In this document: piece after piece, positions 29,976-40,716 of the stretch
Numbering within the stretch: position 1 is the stretch's first letter
How the letters are laid out: each line of letters begins with the position of its first letter
Assembly (NCBI GenBank): GCA_963737475.1
Contig: CAVTSY010000007.1
Location: forward strand, 6,248 to 70,247
Direction of reading: 5' to 3'
From: an uncultured Bacteroidota bacterium
Lineage (GTDB): Bacteria; Bacteroidota; Bacteroidia; Chitinophagales; Chitinophagaceae
Length of the DNA: 64,000 nt
The notes under the pieces: generated by a model
The model's database searches: none
The model's input: the letters and a program-made list of their open reading frames with translations, nothing else
What the model was told of the DNA's origin: nothing
Program-made: the position numbers and the translations under genes

Positions 29976-31241
29976 TTAATTATGCAGCATTTCTTTGAAC
30001 CGATTTATGTAATACTCATCCTTCAGTTCAGATTGGAGGGAAGAAAAATTATCAACATCCGTAGTATAATTGTATGCGGCACTAAAGAAATTATACTTTC
30101 CTGCATTGGAAAGAAACAAGGTGCTGAGGTTTTTTATTTGTTCCGTCGCAAAACATTTTGATTTAAAATATTTTCTTGCCTCATCAAGCATTCCATCATC
30201 ATTGGTCCTGGCTGCCATCTTTTTCCTTAATTTTAAAAAATCGTCGTTATTAGCAATTGCTTCGCATCTTTTGCTTTCTGTAGTTTCAGTTTTGCCTTTA
30301 ATAAATGGGAATGACCACCATTTTTTGGTCTCCTCCTTTTTGGGTTCTTCTTTGGCTTTATCCATTACCTGCGCGGTATCCGACGAATTCAAATTGTTTG
30401 TTTCAACTGCTGAGTCGATCTTGGGCTCTTCCTTAACTGCTGTCGCGGTCTTATCGGCACGTATGAATACTCTTATGGTGTCCTTTGTTCCGTCGGGGTT
30501 TTGATCTATATACACGGATTCATACCCGTCGGCACTACCAGACTCTGAAAGTTTTATGACATCCGATCTTTTATAGACCTGGTTTTGGTTTATAGAACTC
30601 TTTTGTGAGTCTTCCTTTTGGCCGCTTATATTTACAAGATCCGTTTTGTTTTCATCTGGCTTAGCTGCCGGTTGCATAACCTGGTCTTGCTTTTTTTCTT
30701 CTTTTATGACGGCGTCTGTAACTACCGGTTTCTTTTCCTCTTTCTCAATGGTTTGAACAACTGCCGGTTTTTTCTCTACTTCTTTTGCAAAGACAGCATT
30801 TTGTCTTAATGAGGGATCATCAGTCGCCTTGGCAAGCAAAGCAGTAAATGCATTGACCTGCGTATTTGTATTATTATCAAAGCCCGTTTCCTTTTTTACA
30901 TTCGATGGAGACATTTGCAGGTCCAGTGATTGCAGGTCAAAAAGCCCCCAACCCCGGTCACCCAGGTTTTTTATAAGGTATCCGTGGTCCTTTTTATTGA
31001 TGGAAGTTGTGAAATCAAGATCAATATCCTTTGATGGAAAGCCCAACTTAAATTTATACGTGCTGTCCTTTAACCGTGGAAGGATCAAATATCCCGATGA
31101 TTCTGAACTATAAAGCTTATCATTCATCCGGACAAAAAAAGGTTCGCCTGTTTCTGTTTGCAGATAAATGAAATAGATCTTCTGAGCACTTAGCAAAGAA
31201 GCAAGCAGTGCAAGAAAACAGATCAATAATGTTCGCTTCAT
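29976..31241 (-). CDS. Secreted hypothetical protein with Lys/Glu-rich linker and a possible DUF4476-like C-terminal domain
   Basis: Signal 'MKRTLLICFLALLASLLSAQ'. Low-complexity KE-rich middle. C-terminal 'DDFLKLRKKMAARTNDDGMLDEARKYFKSKCFATEQIKNLSTLFLSNAGKYNFFSAAYNYTTDVDNF'. The family name is from memory. Confidence 0.55.
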   Translation of the reverse strand: MKRTLLICFLALLASLLSAQKIYFIYLQTETGEPFFVRMNDKLYSSESSGYLILPRLKDSTYKFKLGFPSKDIDLDFTTSINKKDHGYLIKNLGDRGWGLFDLQSLDLQMSPSNVKKETGFDNNTNTQVNAFTALLAKATDDPSLRQNAVFAKEVEKKPAVVQTIEKEEKKPVVTDAVIKEEKKQDQVMQPAAKPDENKTDLVNISGQKEDSQKSSINQNQVYKRSDVIKLSESGSADGYESVYIDQNPDGTKDTIRVFIRADKTATAVKEEPKIDSAVETNNLNSSDTAQVMDKAKEEPKKEETKKWWSFPFIKGKTETTESKRCEAIANNDDFLKLRKKMAARTNDDGMLDEARKYFKSKCFATEQIKNLSTLFLSNAGKYNFFSAAYNYTTDVDNFSSLQSELKDEYYINRFKEMLHN

Positions 31242-31373
31242 ATAAAAGCTGGTTTCACTTCAAATTTAAATCAATTCTAACTATACGGCCTGTTAAATGC
31301 CCGCCCATATATAAAAAATTATACCCGGCAATGAGTCGTTCACTCTATTTTTGTGCTTTCTAAATTTTAAGCA

Positions 31374-33866
31374 ATGAAGAAACTATCGATCTGCCTGCTA
31401 TTAGCAATAATGAACCATTTGCTGATAGCCCAACCTGGCAAGTCCGCTGATACAAGCTGGAAAAAACAATACCGCGAAACAGCAACAAAGATCAATGATC
31501 TTGTTCACACCAAACTGGATGCGAAATTTGATTTCAGCAAATCTTATATGTATGGCAAGGCATGGATAACTCTCCAGCCGCATTTTTATCCTACCGATTC
31601 TTTGCGGCTCGATGCAAAAGGAATGGACATTCATAAAATAGCTATCGTCAAAAATGGCAAGGAGTCACCATTAAAATATGATTATGACAACTGGCAATTG
31701 AATATTCATCTTGATAAAACATACAAAGGTCGTGAGCAATACACTGTTTTTATTGACTATACTTCAAAACCAAATGAAGTAAAGGTGAAAGGAAGTGCAG
31801 CCATTAGTGACGCAAAAGGTTTATATTTTATCAATCCAACAGGGGAAGAGAAGAATAAGCCCACAGAGATCTGGACACAGGGTGAAACTGAGGCCAATTC
31901 CGTTTGGTTACCAACCATTGACAAACCCAATCAGAAGATGACTGATGAAATTGCAATGACAGTACCGGCCAAATACGTGACCCTTTCAAATGGCAAACTG
32001 TCGAGCCAGAAGAAAAATGCCGATGGCACAAGAACAGATACCTGGAAAATGGAATTGCCACATTCTCCCTATCTTCTGTTTATGGGAGTTGGAGATTTTG
32101 CGATTATCAAAGACTCATATAAAAACAAAGAAGTAAGTTATTATGTAGATAAAGAATACGCTTCCGTAGCAAGAAAGATCTTTGGTCTCACGCCCGAGAT
32201 GATCGCTTTTTATTCTAAAATAACAGGAGTGGATTATCCATGGGCAAAGTATTCCCAAATAACAGGTCACGATTATGTAAGTGGCGCTATGGAAAATACC
32301 ACGGCTACTTTGCATTCAGACGCTGCACAACAGGATGCAAGGGAATTAACGGATGGAAATAATTGGGAATTGGTAGTAGCACACGAATTATTCCATCAAT
32401 GGTTTGGCGACTATGTAACCACTGAAAGCTGGAGCAATATTACTCTCAATGAATCATTTGCCAACTACAGTGAGACTCTTTGGAATGAGTATAAGTATGG
32501 AAAAGATGCAGGCGATGATCAAAACTTTGGCGACATGCAGGGTTATCTTCAAAGCAACAGTGGCAAAAAAGACCTGGTACGGTTTTATTATAATGATAAG
32601 GAGGATGTATTTGATGCAGTGAGCTATAACAAAGGCGGACGCATTCTTCATATGCTACGTAATTATGTTGGAGATAGCGCATTCTTCAAAGCGCTGAACC
32701 TGTATCTCACAACAAATAAGTTTAAATCCGCCGAAGCGCAACAGCTACGATTGGCATTTGAAGACGTTACCGGTAAAGATCTTAACTGGTACTGGAACCA
32801 GTGGTATTATGGAGCCGGCAATCCAAGTCTTGACATTGTGTACAGTTACGATGACACTGCAAAAAAAGTCCAGGTGATCGTAAACCAGACGCAGGCCGGC
32901 GATAAAGTTTTCAAATTGCCTGTTGCTATAGATGTATACAATGGAGCGAACAAGACAAGATATAAAGTCTGGGCGCAAAATAAGTCTGATACATTTTCGT
33001 TCGCTGATGCATCCAAACCGGATCTTGTGAATTTTGACGGCGACAAAATTCTCCTCTGCACGAAAAAAGAAAATAAAACACTGGATGAATATATCCATCA
33101 ATATAAATATGCCGGCAGTTACGTTGACAGAAGAGAAGCGATCGACTTCGCTTCTAAACACCAGGATGACGCAAAGGCCGTTGCATTTTTAAAAACTTCG
33201 CTCAAAGACAAATATGAAGGTCTCAGAGGCTTTACGCTTGGCCGCATTGATATGAAAAAAGACAATGTGAGAAAGGAAGTAGAACCTGTATTACTTGATC
33301 TTGCTAGAAATGATCCAAAGAAAACAGTAAAGGCTGCGGCGATCGCAAAACTCGGCACTTATAAAAAACCTGAATATGCTACTTTGTTTAAGGCGGCCGT
33401 TAATGATTCTTCCTACACTGTTTCGGGCAATGCATTGCAAGCTTTATCTGAAATTCATAGCGCAGGTGCTTTAACCGAAGCAAAGCGCTTAGCACAGCAA
33501 CCTGCGAAAGGAAAACTTTCTTCTGTGATCACCGCGATAATGATCGAATCAGGTGATGAGTCCTCCGCTGAGATGATCTTAAAGAATTTTGAAGCAATGC
33601 CTCTCTCTCAAAATAAATTCAACTTATTGCAATCAATCGGCGACTTCCTTGGTAAGACAAAAAATCCCGATATTTTCAAAAGAGGAATAGATGACATTGT
33701 TACTTTCCGTGACGAGATCCCTGAGGCTTTTAAAGGACAAACAGATCCTTACATCAATGGCGTATTGCTGAAAGGACTGGCAGCAAAGAAAAAAGAAGCA
33801 GGTCTGACTGAGCAATCGGAGTATGTAATTTCGAAGCTACCAGCTGAAGATAAAAAAGGGTTCTGA
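31374..33866 (+). CDS. M1-family aminopeptidase (aminopeptidase N-like) with HEAT-like C-terminal region
   Basis: 830-aa ORF with a signal peptide. 'GAMENTTATL' exopeptidase motif. 'HELFHQWFGD-X-NESFANY' is HEXXH-X18-E. Confidence 0.85.
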   Translation: MKKLSICLLLAIMNHLLIAQPGKSADTSWKKQYRETATKINDLVHTKLDAKFDFSKSYMYGKAWITLQPHFYPTDSLRLDAKGMDIHKIAIVKNGKESPLKYDYDNWQLNIHLDKTYKGREQYTVFIDYTSKPNEVKVKGSAAISDAKGLYFINPTGEEKNKPTEIWTQGETEANSVWLPTIDKPNQKMTDEIAMTVPAKYVTLSNGKLSSQKKNADGTRTDTWKMELPHSPYLLFMGVGDFAIIKDSYKNKEVSYYVDKEYASVARKIFGLTPEMIAFYSKITGVDYPWAKYSQITGHDYVSGAMENTTATLHSDAAQQDARELTDGNNWELVVAHELFHQWFGDYVTTESWSNITLNESFANYSETLWNEYKYGKDAGDDQNFGDMQGYLQSNSGKKDLVRFYYNDKEDVFDAVSYNKGGRILHMLRNYVGDSAFFKALNLYLTTNKFKSAEAQQLRLAFEDVTGKDLNWYWNQWYYGAGNPSLDIVYSYDDTAKKVQVIVNQTQAGDKVFKLPVAIDVYNGANKTRYKVWAQNKSDTFSFADASKPDLVNFDGDKILLCTKKENKTLDEYIHQYKYAGSYVDRREAIDFASKHQDDAKAVAFLKTSLKDKYEGLRGFTLGRIDMKKDNVRKEVEPVLLDLARNDPKKTVKAAAIAKLGTYKKPEYATLFKAAVNDSSYTVSGNALQALSEIHSAGALTEAKRLAQQPAKGKLSSVITAIMIESGDESSAEMILKNFEAMPLSQNKFNLLQSIGDFLGKTKNPDIFKRGIDDIVTFRDEIPEAFKGQTDPYINGVLLKGLAAKKKEAGLTEQSEYVISKLPAEDKKGF

Positions 33867-33920
33867 TTTTATTTACCTGATATATACCCGAGAGACTATC
33901 CTAAGAGGCCGTTTAGTAGG

Positions 33921-34135
33921 TAAGCCACAAAGTCGCTAAGACGCAAATTTTGATGTTCGAGTTTTATTTTCTTCCTGGTGATTAAAAAAGTATTTCACGC
34001 AACGGCGCTAAGTGCGCAACGACGTGGCGCTAAAGATATATGGATAGACCACAAAGAAGCTGAGACGCAAAGTTTTGATGTTTGAGTTTTATTATTTTCT
34101 TTGCGTCTTCGTGTCCTGGTGGCAAAATACGTTTC
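33921..34135. repeat. REP-like hairpin elements, family 2: truncated copy 33921-33990, complete copy 34046-34135
   Basis: 'gaccacaaagaagctgagacgcaaag-ttttgatgtttgagttttattattttc-tttgcgtcttcgtgtcctggtggcaaaatacg'. Stem 'gagacgcaaag'/'ctttgcgtct'. Ends in GTGGCAAAAT like family 1. Confidence 0.55.
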
Positions 34136-34152
34136 GGGACAGCCTCTCTTTT

Positions 34153-34833
34153 TTAGAAAAGACTGTTATAATATTTGACCAGTTCAATAAAGCCTGATTC
34201 AGATTTTCCCGAAAGCCTGTTGGTACTGATATATGCATCCAGCTGTTTAAATTTATTATTCAGCAGATGGGGAAGGTCTTTGATTTTTTTCACTGGCAAG
34301 AGAATGGAGTCTGCATAAATAAAAAACTCCTCTGAACTAATGACCGATGCCTGCGATTCTGCTGGTACATAATTCTTAGGCTGGTTTATCGCTTTAGTTA
34401 TCCACTTATAAAGACAAGCAGGGCCCGACACCAGTTCCAGGTACCAATTAACCTTTGCATTTTTCATTCGGTCAAGAAAAGAAGAAGGAACAAACTTATA
34501 TACATTCCCCGTTGAAGAATCCTTGAGAATTACAGTTTTAATTGCTGCCGTTGCAATTAATTCTCTGCCCTCAGGACTGATATATTGTAACGTATTTTCA
34601 ATGAGATCAAACCGCACTTTTACATTTTTATCAACTGCCCCGTTTGCAAGTTCAATATCTGCATTTAACCATTCATCTAAAAAATACGGGCTACCGCTGG
34701 AAAATATTGGATACTTGTCCCGGACCACTGACAGGTCGGCGTTTAAATAGAAATTATTGCTGGAAGCGTTCGGAGCTTGTGAATGGCTGATAAGAGAAGA
34801 AAGCGCAAAGATTATGAAAATTGATTTTTTCAT
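34153..34833 (-). CDS. Secreted hypothetical protein
   Basis: 226-aa ORF with signal 'MKKSIFIIFALSSLISHSQA'. No recognised family. Confidence 0.5.
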   Translation of the reverse strand: MKKSIFIIFALSSLISHSQAPNASSNNFYLNADLSVVRDKYPIFSSGSPYFLDEWLNADIELANGAVDKNVKVRFDLIENTLQYISPEGRELIATAAIKTVILKDSSTGNVYKFVPSSFLDRMKNAKVNWYLELVSGPACLYKWITKAINQPKNYVPAESQASVISSEEFFIYADSILLPVKKIKDLPHLLNNKFKQLDAYISTNRLSGKSESGFIELVKYYNSLF

Positions 34834-34965
34834 ATTGCTGGTTATATCAAAGATATTTTATTATAAAGTGACTTTAAGACAAGTAAACAAAATAACCTTT
34901 GTTGACGCCTTCACCGTAAAAAGAAGAGACTAATCTGCCTCCTCATTGACCAGAAAAACTAAGTA

Positions 34966-35005
34966 TCAAAAAGAAACCGCCTCAAAATTTTACCTTTTGA
35001 GACGG
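34966..35005 (-). terminator. Rho-independent terminator after the first SusC/SusD locus
   Basis: Minus strand 'ccgtctcaaaa-ggtaaaa-ttttgaggcgg' followed by 'tttcttttt'. 24 nt after the stop at 35029. Confidence 0.55.
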
Positions 35006-35028
35006 TCTCTTTATGTTATAGAATTATT

Positions 35029-35988
35029 TTACCTAGGCCCTTTGTAAGTATACAATTCATCAAAGCTAACTCTGTGAGGTGTAATTACCGATGGTTGATC
35101 CATCCAATATTTTACACTCAAATTCTTAGTAGATGCATCCCACAAATTTGTCCCGGAAGGATCAAGTGCAGCAGATCTCCCGTTACCTGAAGGTTGACCG
35201 TAAGGATTGGTAACACTTACAACCTGATCAGTGTTTGGATCAAACGTAAATTCCATTCCGAAACTTCCATAATAACTCCAGTCAGGTCCGTTCAATATTG
35301 GATGTAACACATAATCATTCTCAACATCCCATACAATTACGGAATTAGGTCCTGATGTACGGAATTCCACATCCCATGGATAATTTCCTGTAAGGCTGGA
35401 ATTTGCATAATCAACCATTGTCCCCGTAGCAGTATATTTACCGTCATACTTATTCTTTACGCCAATGTTATAAATAATTTCAGAGGCTTCGCTATTGATC
35501 ACTGCACTACCCGCATCAGCTACCGAGAAAGCAAGGGCATACTGTTGAGATAAATCTAACAGACTTTGATCTACAACGATTTTAACTCCCTTTATAGCTT
35601 CACCGGGTTGAAATGTAAGATTATTGATATCATCCAACAACGTATAAGCCGCAGGTGGAAGTTCAATGAATGAAGTATTGTTGTTATTGTTGAAAGTATC
35701 TATCAAGGAAGGGTCGCTTTGCAATTTTACAGTTAAAGGTTGATTCAAATCTCCTTCTGTGTTTGGATAACGACGTAAATCAATGAGCTCAAAGGTGTCT
35801 TTTGTTGGCTTAACATCCCTCGCATAGGCTACTAAGTCTGGTGCTCCCATTAATTTTACTACTTGTTTCCTAGCAGATTCATCTGAATTCTCTTTATACG
35901 TATCGTCTTTCTTCACACAACTGACAAATGCAGTTGCAAGCAGCAGGAATAAGAAAGAAAAATGAGTCAGGCGCATTATATTTTTCAT
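35029..35988 (-). CDS. Surface lipoprotein accessory to SusC/SusD (DUF1735/BT_3987-like N-domain suspected)
   Basis: Lipobox 'LLLATAFVSC'. 'LPPAAYTLLDD...LTFQPGE...ALAFSVAD' resembles DUF1735-type PUL lipoproteins (from memory). Immediately downstream of the SusD gene. Confidence 0.5.
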   Translation of the reverse strand: MKNIMRLTHFSFLFLLLATAFVSCVKKDDTYKENSDESARKQVVKLMGAPDLVAYARDVKPTKDTFELIDLRRYPNTEGDLNQPLTVKLQSDPSLIDTFNNNNNTSFIELPPAAYTLLDDINNLTFQPGEAIKGVKIVVDQSLLDLSQQYALAFSVADAGSAVINSEASEIIYNIGVKNKYDGKYTATGTMVDYANSSLTGNYPWDVEFRTSGPNSVIVWDVENDYVLHPILNGPDWSYYGSFGMEFTFDPNTDQVVSVTNPYGQPSGNGRSAALDPSGTNLWDASTKNLSVKYWMDQPSVITPHRVSFDELYTYKGPR

Positions 35989-36013
35989 GTTAGAAATAGT
36001 TTATAATATTAAA

Positions 36014-37459
36014 TTATTTATCCCACCAGATCCTTCCCCATTGAGAATCCGGTTGGCCATTTACTGTATAAGTTGCAGCAGCCGCACTTACATTGCTTGC
36101 ATTGTAGCTGTAATCGTTGGTACCGTAAGTCGCCCTTCTTGGGATGCCATTCGTTGTACCAGGCGCCGGCGTAAGCGTCGGAAACCCGGTTCTGCGATAC
36201 ACGTCCCAACCTTCCAGTCCATTCGGGAAGAATGCCAGCCATTCCTGGACGGCAATTTTTTGTGCATCCGGAGTACCTTGTGAACTTATATAGCCGGAAG
36301 CGCTGCCCTGGCCCCATTGATCAAAGCTTGCCTGGATACCATTAGCAAACAAAGTGGCAACACTTTCTGAGGTCCATCCTAACTGAGCTGCTTCAGCCCT
36401 TGCGAGATCAATATTTGCAGCAGACAGGAGCGTCCAGGATGAATTGGTTGGAGTATTGGTTCCCGCCAGGATCCTTGCCCAGTCGGCATTTGCACCGGCA
36501 AAAGCAACGGCATCATCCCTGGTCAAGCCATAAGGGAATCCTTTTGTTGAGCTTGCATATGCATTAATTCTCGGATCACTTGTGGATGACAGCTGGTCGA
36601 TCATGGTTTCGCTCACCCCAAAATCCAAACGCTGAGTCAATACATAGTAGTTGAAAATGGGCTGGGGAAAGTTACCACCGGGATAATTAATCGTAACATT
36701 ATCGCTATTATCTTCAATAACTCCCGCTGAATTATTCAATGCATCCAGGAACTCTGTTTTTCCCGTGCCCGCATCCGCTTTTTGCATGTTTAATGCAAGA
36801 AGGAGGCGGAGGGAGTTTGCGTATTTTTGCCATTTTTCAACATCACCGCCAAAAATAACATCCCCCTGAACAGTTGTGCCATTATCAAATTGTTCTACAG
36901 CTTCTTTCAATTCCTTGATCAGGTCTGCGTAAATAGCCTGCTGACCGTCATACTGAACAGAGATCACGCCGCTATTTCCTTTTAACGCATCAAAATAAGG
37001 AAGATCACCCACTGCATCAGTCAGGAACTTTACATAATGAGCTTTTAAAATACGGGCGATAGCGATTTGGTTGTTATTTGAACCAAAAGCAGCCGCTGTA
37101 CCTGCAGTAGCAGGATCTGAATTATAGTTGATAATATTTTGCAGGTCTTCGATCGGTCCCGCATAATAAGCATCATAGTTATAATTAGGCTTATTGTATC
37201 TTGATACCTCAGTGTACTGCGTTTCAGAATAATACTGTGCATATAAACCTGAACCTGTATTGATGCCACCGGCGTCAAACCCAAGGTTCGCACCCATATT
37301 TGACTCCACATTTGTCAATAATGCTGAAGGAATCGGGGTGGTTGTTTGGTTCTGATCGTTATTAAGATCCTTAAAATCTTCGATTTTATCACAAGAGGCG
37401 ACAGTGAAAAGTGAAACTATTCCTGCTCCCCATATAATTTTTTTATACATCGTTTTCAA
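36014..37459 (-). CDS. SusD/RagB-family nutrient-binding outer-membrane lipoprotein (locus 1)
   Basis: 481-aa ORF. Lipobox 'LFTVASC'. Sits 8 nt after SusC. C-terminal 'AVQEWLAFFPNGLEGWDVYRRTGFP' is typical of SusD-like_2 proteins. Confidence 0.8.
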   Translation of the reverse strand: MKTMYKKIIWGAGIVSLFTVASCDKIEDFKDLNNDQNQTTTPIPSALLTNVESNMGANLGFDAGGINTGSGLYAQYYSETQYTEVSRYNKPNYNYDAYYAGPIEDLQNIINYNSDPATAGTAAAFGSNNNQIAIARILKAHYVKFLTDAVGDLPYFDALKGNSGVISVQYDGQQAIYADLIKELKEAVEQFDNGTTVQGDVIFGGDVEKWQKYANSLRLLLALNMQKADAGTGKTEFLDALNNSAGVIEDNSDNVTINYPGGNFPQPIFNYYVLTQRLDFGVSETMIDQLSSTSDPRINAYASSTKGFPYGLTRDDAVAFAGANADWARILAGTNTPTNSSWTLLSAANIDLARAEAAQLGWTSESVATLFANGIQASFDQWGQGSASGYISSQGTPDAQKIAVQEWLAFFPNGLEGWDVYRRTGFPTLTPAPGTTNGIPRRATYGTNDYSYNASNVSAAAATYTVNGQPDSQWGRIWWDK

Positions 37460-37467
37460 TTTTAAAT

Positions 37468-40400
37468 TTAAAAGAGGAATTTTAAATTGAAGCCAATTCC
37501 ACGGGTTCCGGGGAACTGACCATCTTCACCATAAACTCCTGAAATTTCAGAAGGATCAAAATTCTGAGTTTCTCTGTATATCATTAGAGGATTTCGTGCC
37601 ACTACTGAGGCGGTAATTCCCTTCACCCATTTCCAGTTTGTTCCAAACTTTTCTACAGGCAGGGCATATCCCACACTTAGTTCTCTTAATTTAACATAGG
37701 TCAAACTATGAACAAAGTAATCAGCAATGGCATTGCTGCCGCCAAGGTTGTGGTAATAGCTTTGTGCATCCACATACATGTCAACCGGTGTTTTTTCATC
37801 TACTGATGAAACACCTACAACATGTACGCCGCCGCCTAATCCAACGTCGTCACGAACATTCCATCCCTTATCATTGGTTGCTGCAGTCGGAGCTAACAGA
37901 CCTGAATAAGTTCCCCACATTTCAGAAAGTGAGAAGAACTTACCGCCAACCTGGTAGTCAATATTGAAGTTCAGAATGAAATTCTTATAAGTAAGAGTAT
38001 TGACGATGCCCCCGGTAAATTTTGGAACCACCGATCCGAAGTCATGATTAGCTTCACCAACGTACAAACCTGAAGCCGGATCAACTTCAGCTATGCCATC
38101 GGAATTTCTCTTAATGGCAGTACCAATTAACTGGCCCCACGATTTGCCTTTCACCTGGTAAACTTTCGGAGGAACGATACCCTGGAAAGCTGCACCCGTT
38201 GATATCTGCACCCTGTTTCCTGCCGTATCAGTTTCTTCCACCGGGTTAGAGAGCAAAATCCCAAAGTTTGCAGTCGCCTGCCAGGTAAAGTCTTTACGTG
38301 TCATGATCTTTGCATCTGCCACAATTTCAAGTCCTGTTCTTTTGATCAGGGATATGTTGGTCAGGTAAGTAGTGAATCCGCTGTATCCAGAAATAGGCAC
38401 AGAAAAGGGCGCTTGCTCGGAAGTTTCGTTGTAATACAAAACACTCAGGCCATAACGGTTATTCTTGAATTTCAAATCAATCCCCGTTTCATACGTAGTG
38501 ATCAACGAACCCTGGATGGCAGGGTCTATGGCCTGGTTAGGAGTTGATGTTAAGAAGTTGTTTCCCCATTTGTTCTGGTTGATGGTATAGCTGAAATTAA
38601 CTGAGTAAGGATTGATACCTGACCCAAATCCAGAAGTCGGCTTTCTTCCCCAGCTTCCAAATACTTTTCCATAGCTCAACCAGGGAAGATCATCTTTCGT
38701 AAAATCACTAAAGAAGAAGCTTAAACCTGCTGAAGGTGATAATAAGCTGTTATTAGCGGGAAGCAGTATTGAATACCAGTCGTTACGCAAAGCAAAAGTT
38801 GCAGCCACTATCCTATTCCATTCTACGTCGCCGGATACAAACAGTGCCCGGTTTTCCCATCGGAACCTGTTATTGGTTAGTGTGGCCTGATCTTTTGAGT
38901 TTGATATAGCGTACAGATCAGGAACATTCAACCCATTTTTTGTGGCCATGTCGGTTGAGTAGAATTTATATCTTGTATCCGATCCGCCCGCATTTACATT
39001 TACGTTCAGCTTGTTGTCCATGAAAATCTGGTTGTAAGTAGCCAGAACGTCGAATGAAGTAACATTGGGATTCAAAAGAGAAGTGCCCACTGAACTTCCC
39101 GTTGCATAAGCAGCTTTCAAACCGGTTTGGGTAGCGCTGGCTTCTAATATGGACGGCGTAATGTTTTCATAATAGCGATTGATCGAATTCTTGCGAACGG
39201 TACCCGTTATTTTGAAAAGGTTATTAAGCTTATAAGTCAACGAAGCATTACCTGTGAGATAATCGCGACTCTGCTTATTGTTGATCTGCTGGAAGTAAGT
39301 GTAAAAATTATACCAGTAGTTGCCTTTGTACACATTATTTACAACACCGACCGAACCGGGGTTAGAGCCAAGGTTCCAGCTTGGAAATGTCCCGATAGGT
39401 GTTTTGATATCCTTGTACTCTTTCAGCTTGTTTAGATCAAGATCACGGTGAAACCACGAACTGAATGAACCCGAGGATTGGTTGGCATATGAATCATCAA
39501 ACTCCCCTTTAATAATGGTATTGCTGTAATTCATGTTAGCTGAAAGAATGAAATGCTTATTTAACTCTGTTGAAAAAGTCGTAAACAAAGAGTTTCGGTA
39601 CGACATTGAGTTGGGGATCATCCCATGTACACTTTGATTAGTATAAGAAACTCTGAGCGTTGATCCCTGCCATCCCTTTGAGAAAGCAACATTTGTGTTA
39701 GAAGTAATACCGGTATTGTAAAAATCACGGGCGTTATCTTTTTGCGGTACCAGCCTGGCTGTTTTACCAGATTCGGGGTTGTTCGGATTCCAGGCATACC
39801 ACGGAATATATTCTTGTCCCACCATCCGGGGACCCCAACTTGCGTCATCAGTATATTCCGGATAATATTTACCATCCAGCGCCTGCCATTCGTCAGGCAT
39901 GCCCGGCTGCCATGTAAACTTTGTAAGGTCGGCGGCCGCACCACCCGCATATTTATTTTGATAGTTCGGTAAGATAGATACCCGATCGAAAGTTACACCC
40001 TGGTTTACTTCGATAGAGCTTCTGCCGGCAACAGCTTTTTTCGTATTGATTACGATGGCACCTCCTTTTGCGATATCGCCAAAAAGAGTTGTAGCATTGG
40101 CACCCTTTAGAACGGTTACATCCTCAACATCGTCGGGATTAATATCAAAAGAACCCGTAACTGTTCCATCAACAACATAAACAGGGGAAACATCTCCTGT
40201 CAGATCTAACCCTCCCCTTATCCTCAATGATCCCTGGTTGTCAAGTTTCATTGGAGATTGACCTCTGAATTGAACACCTGCGACTTTTCCGGCCAGTGCA
40301 CTATTGATGTTTGTTTGAGGGATGATGTGGAGTTGTTCATCGCCGACAACCTGAGCACTATAGGGTGCGACCCTTTGTGAACGTTTGATCCCAAAAGCCG

Positions 40401-40716
40401 AGGTAACTACAACCTCTGAAAGTTGAGCCGCAGATGTCGTTAATGTGACATTTGCGACATCCTCGGTAGGCGTTATCGTTTGTGTCGAATGGCCTGCCGC
40501 AGAAATGGTCAATTTTGCGTTCTGTGGAATTTTGATTGAAAAAGCTCCTTGTACGTCAGCCGTTGTAGCATTTTTGGTTCCTGTTTCCTGAATAGTCGCG
40601 AAAGGAACAGATTCACCCTTTTCGTTCTTCACTACTCCTGTGATCGTACGAGTCTGACTGAATGCCAATGTGCACAGCAGCATCAGCACTGAAAGCAGTG
40701 ATGCAAGTTTTCTCAT
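37468..40716 (-). CDS. SusC/RagA-family TonB-dependent outer-membrane transporter (locus 1)
   Basis: 1,082-aa ORF. Signal peptide. CarboxypepD_reg-like 'ITGVVKNEKGESVPFATIQE'. Plug region 'VLKGANATTLFG'. C-terminal 'GFNLKFLF'. Confidence 0.9.
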   Translation of the reverse strand: MRKLASLLSVLMLLCTLAFSQTRTITGVVKNEKGESVPFATIQETGTKNATTADVQGAFSIKIPQNAKLTISAAGHSTQTITPTEDVANVTLTTSAAQLSEVVVTSAFGIKRSQRVAPYSAQVVGDEQLHIIPQTNINSALAGKVAGVQFRGQSPMKLDNQGSLRIRGGLDLTGDVSPVYVVDGTVTGSFDINPDDVEDVTVLKGANATTLFGDIAKGGAIVINTKKAVAGRSSIEVNQGVTFDRVSILPNYQNKYAGGAAADLTKFTWQPGMPDEWQALDGKYYPEYTDDASWGPRMVGQEYIPWYAWNPNNPESGKTARLVPQKDNARDFYNTGITSNTNVAFSKGWQGSTLRVSYTNQSVHGMIPNSMSYRNSLFTTFSTELNKHFILSANMNYSNTIIKGEFDDSYANQSSGSFSSWFHRDLDLNKLKEYKDIKTPIGTFPSWNLGSNPGSVGVVNNVYKGNYWYNFYTYFQQINNKQSRDYLTGNASLTYKLNNLFKITGTVRKNSINRYYENITPSILEASATQTGLKAAYATGSSVGTSLLNPNVTSFDVLATYNQIFMDNKLNVNVNAGGSDTRYKFYSTDMATKNGLNVPDLYAISNSKDQATLTNNRFRWENRALFVSGDVEWNRIVAATFALRNDWYSILLPANNSLLSPSAGLSFFFSDFTKDDLPWLSYGKVFGSWGRKPTSGFGSGINPYSVNFSYTINQNKWGNNFLTSTPNQAIDPAIQGSLITTYETGIDLKFKNNRYGLSVLYYNETSEQAPFSVPISGYSGFTTYLTNISLIKRTGLEIVADAKIMTRKDFTWQATANFGILLSNPVEETDTAGNRVQISTGAAFQGIVPPKVYQVKGKSWGQLIGTAIKRNSDGIAEVDPASGLYVGEANHDFGSVVPKFTGGIVNTLTYKNFILNFNIDYQVGGKFFSLSEMWGTYSGLLAPTAATNDKGWNVRDDVGLGGGVHVVGVSSVDEKTPVDMYVDAQSYYHNLGGSNAIADYFVHSLTYVKLRELSVGYALPVEKFGTNWKWVKGITASVVARNPLMIYRETQNFDPSEISGVYGEDGQFPGTRGIGFNLKFLF

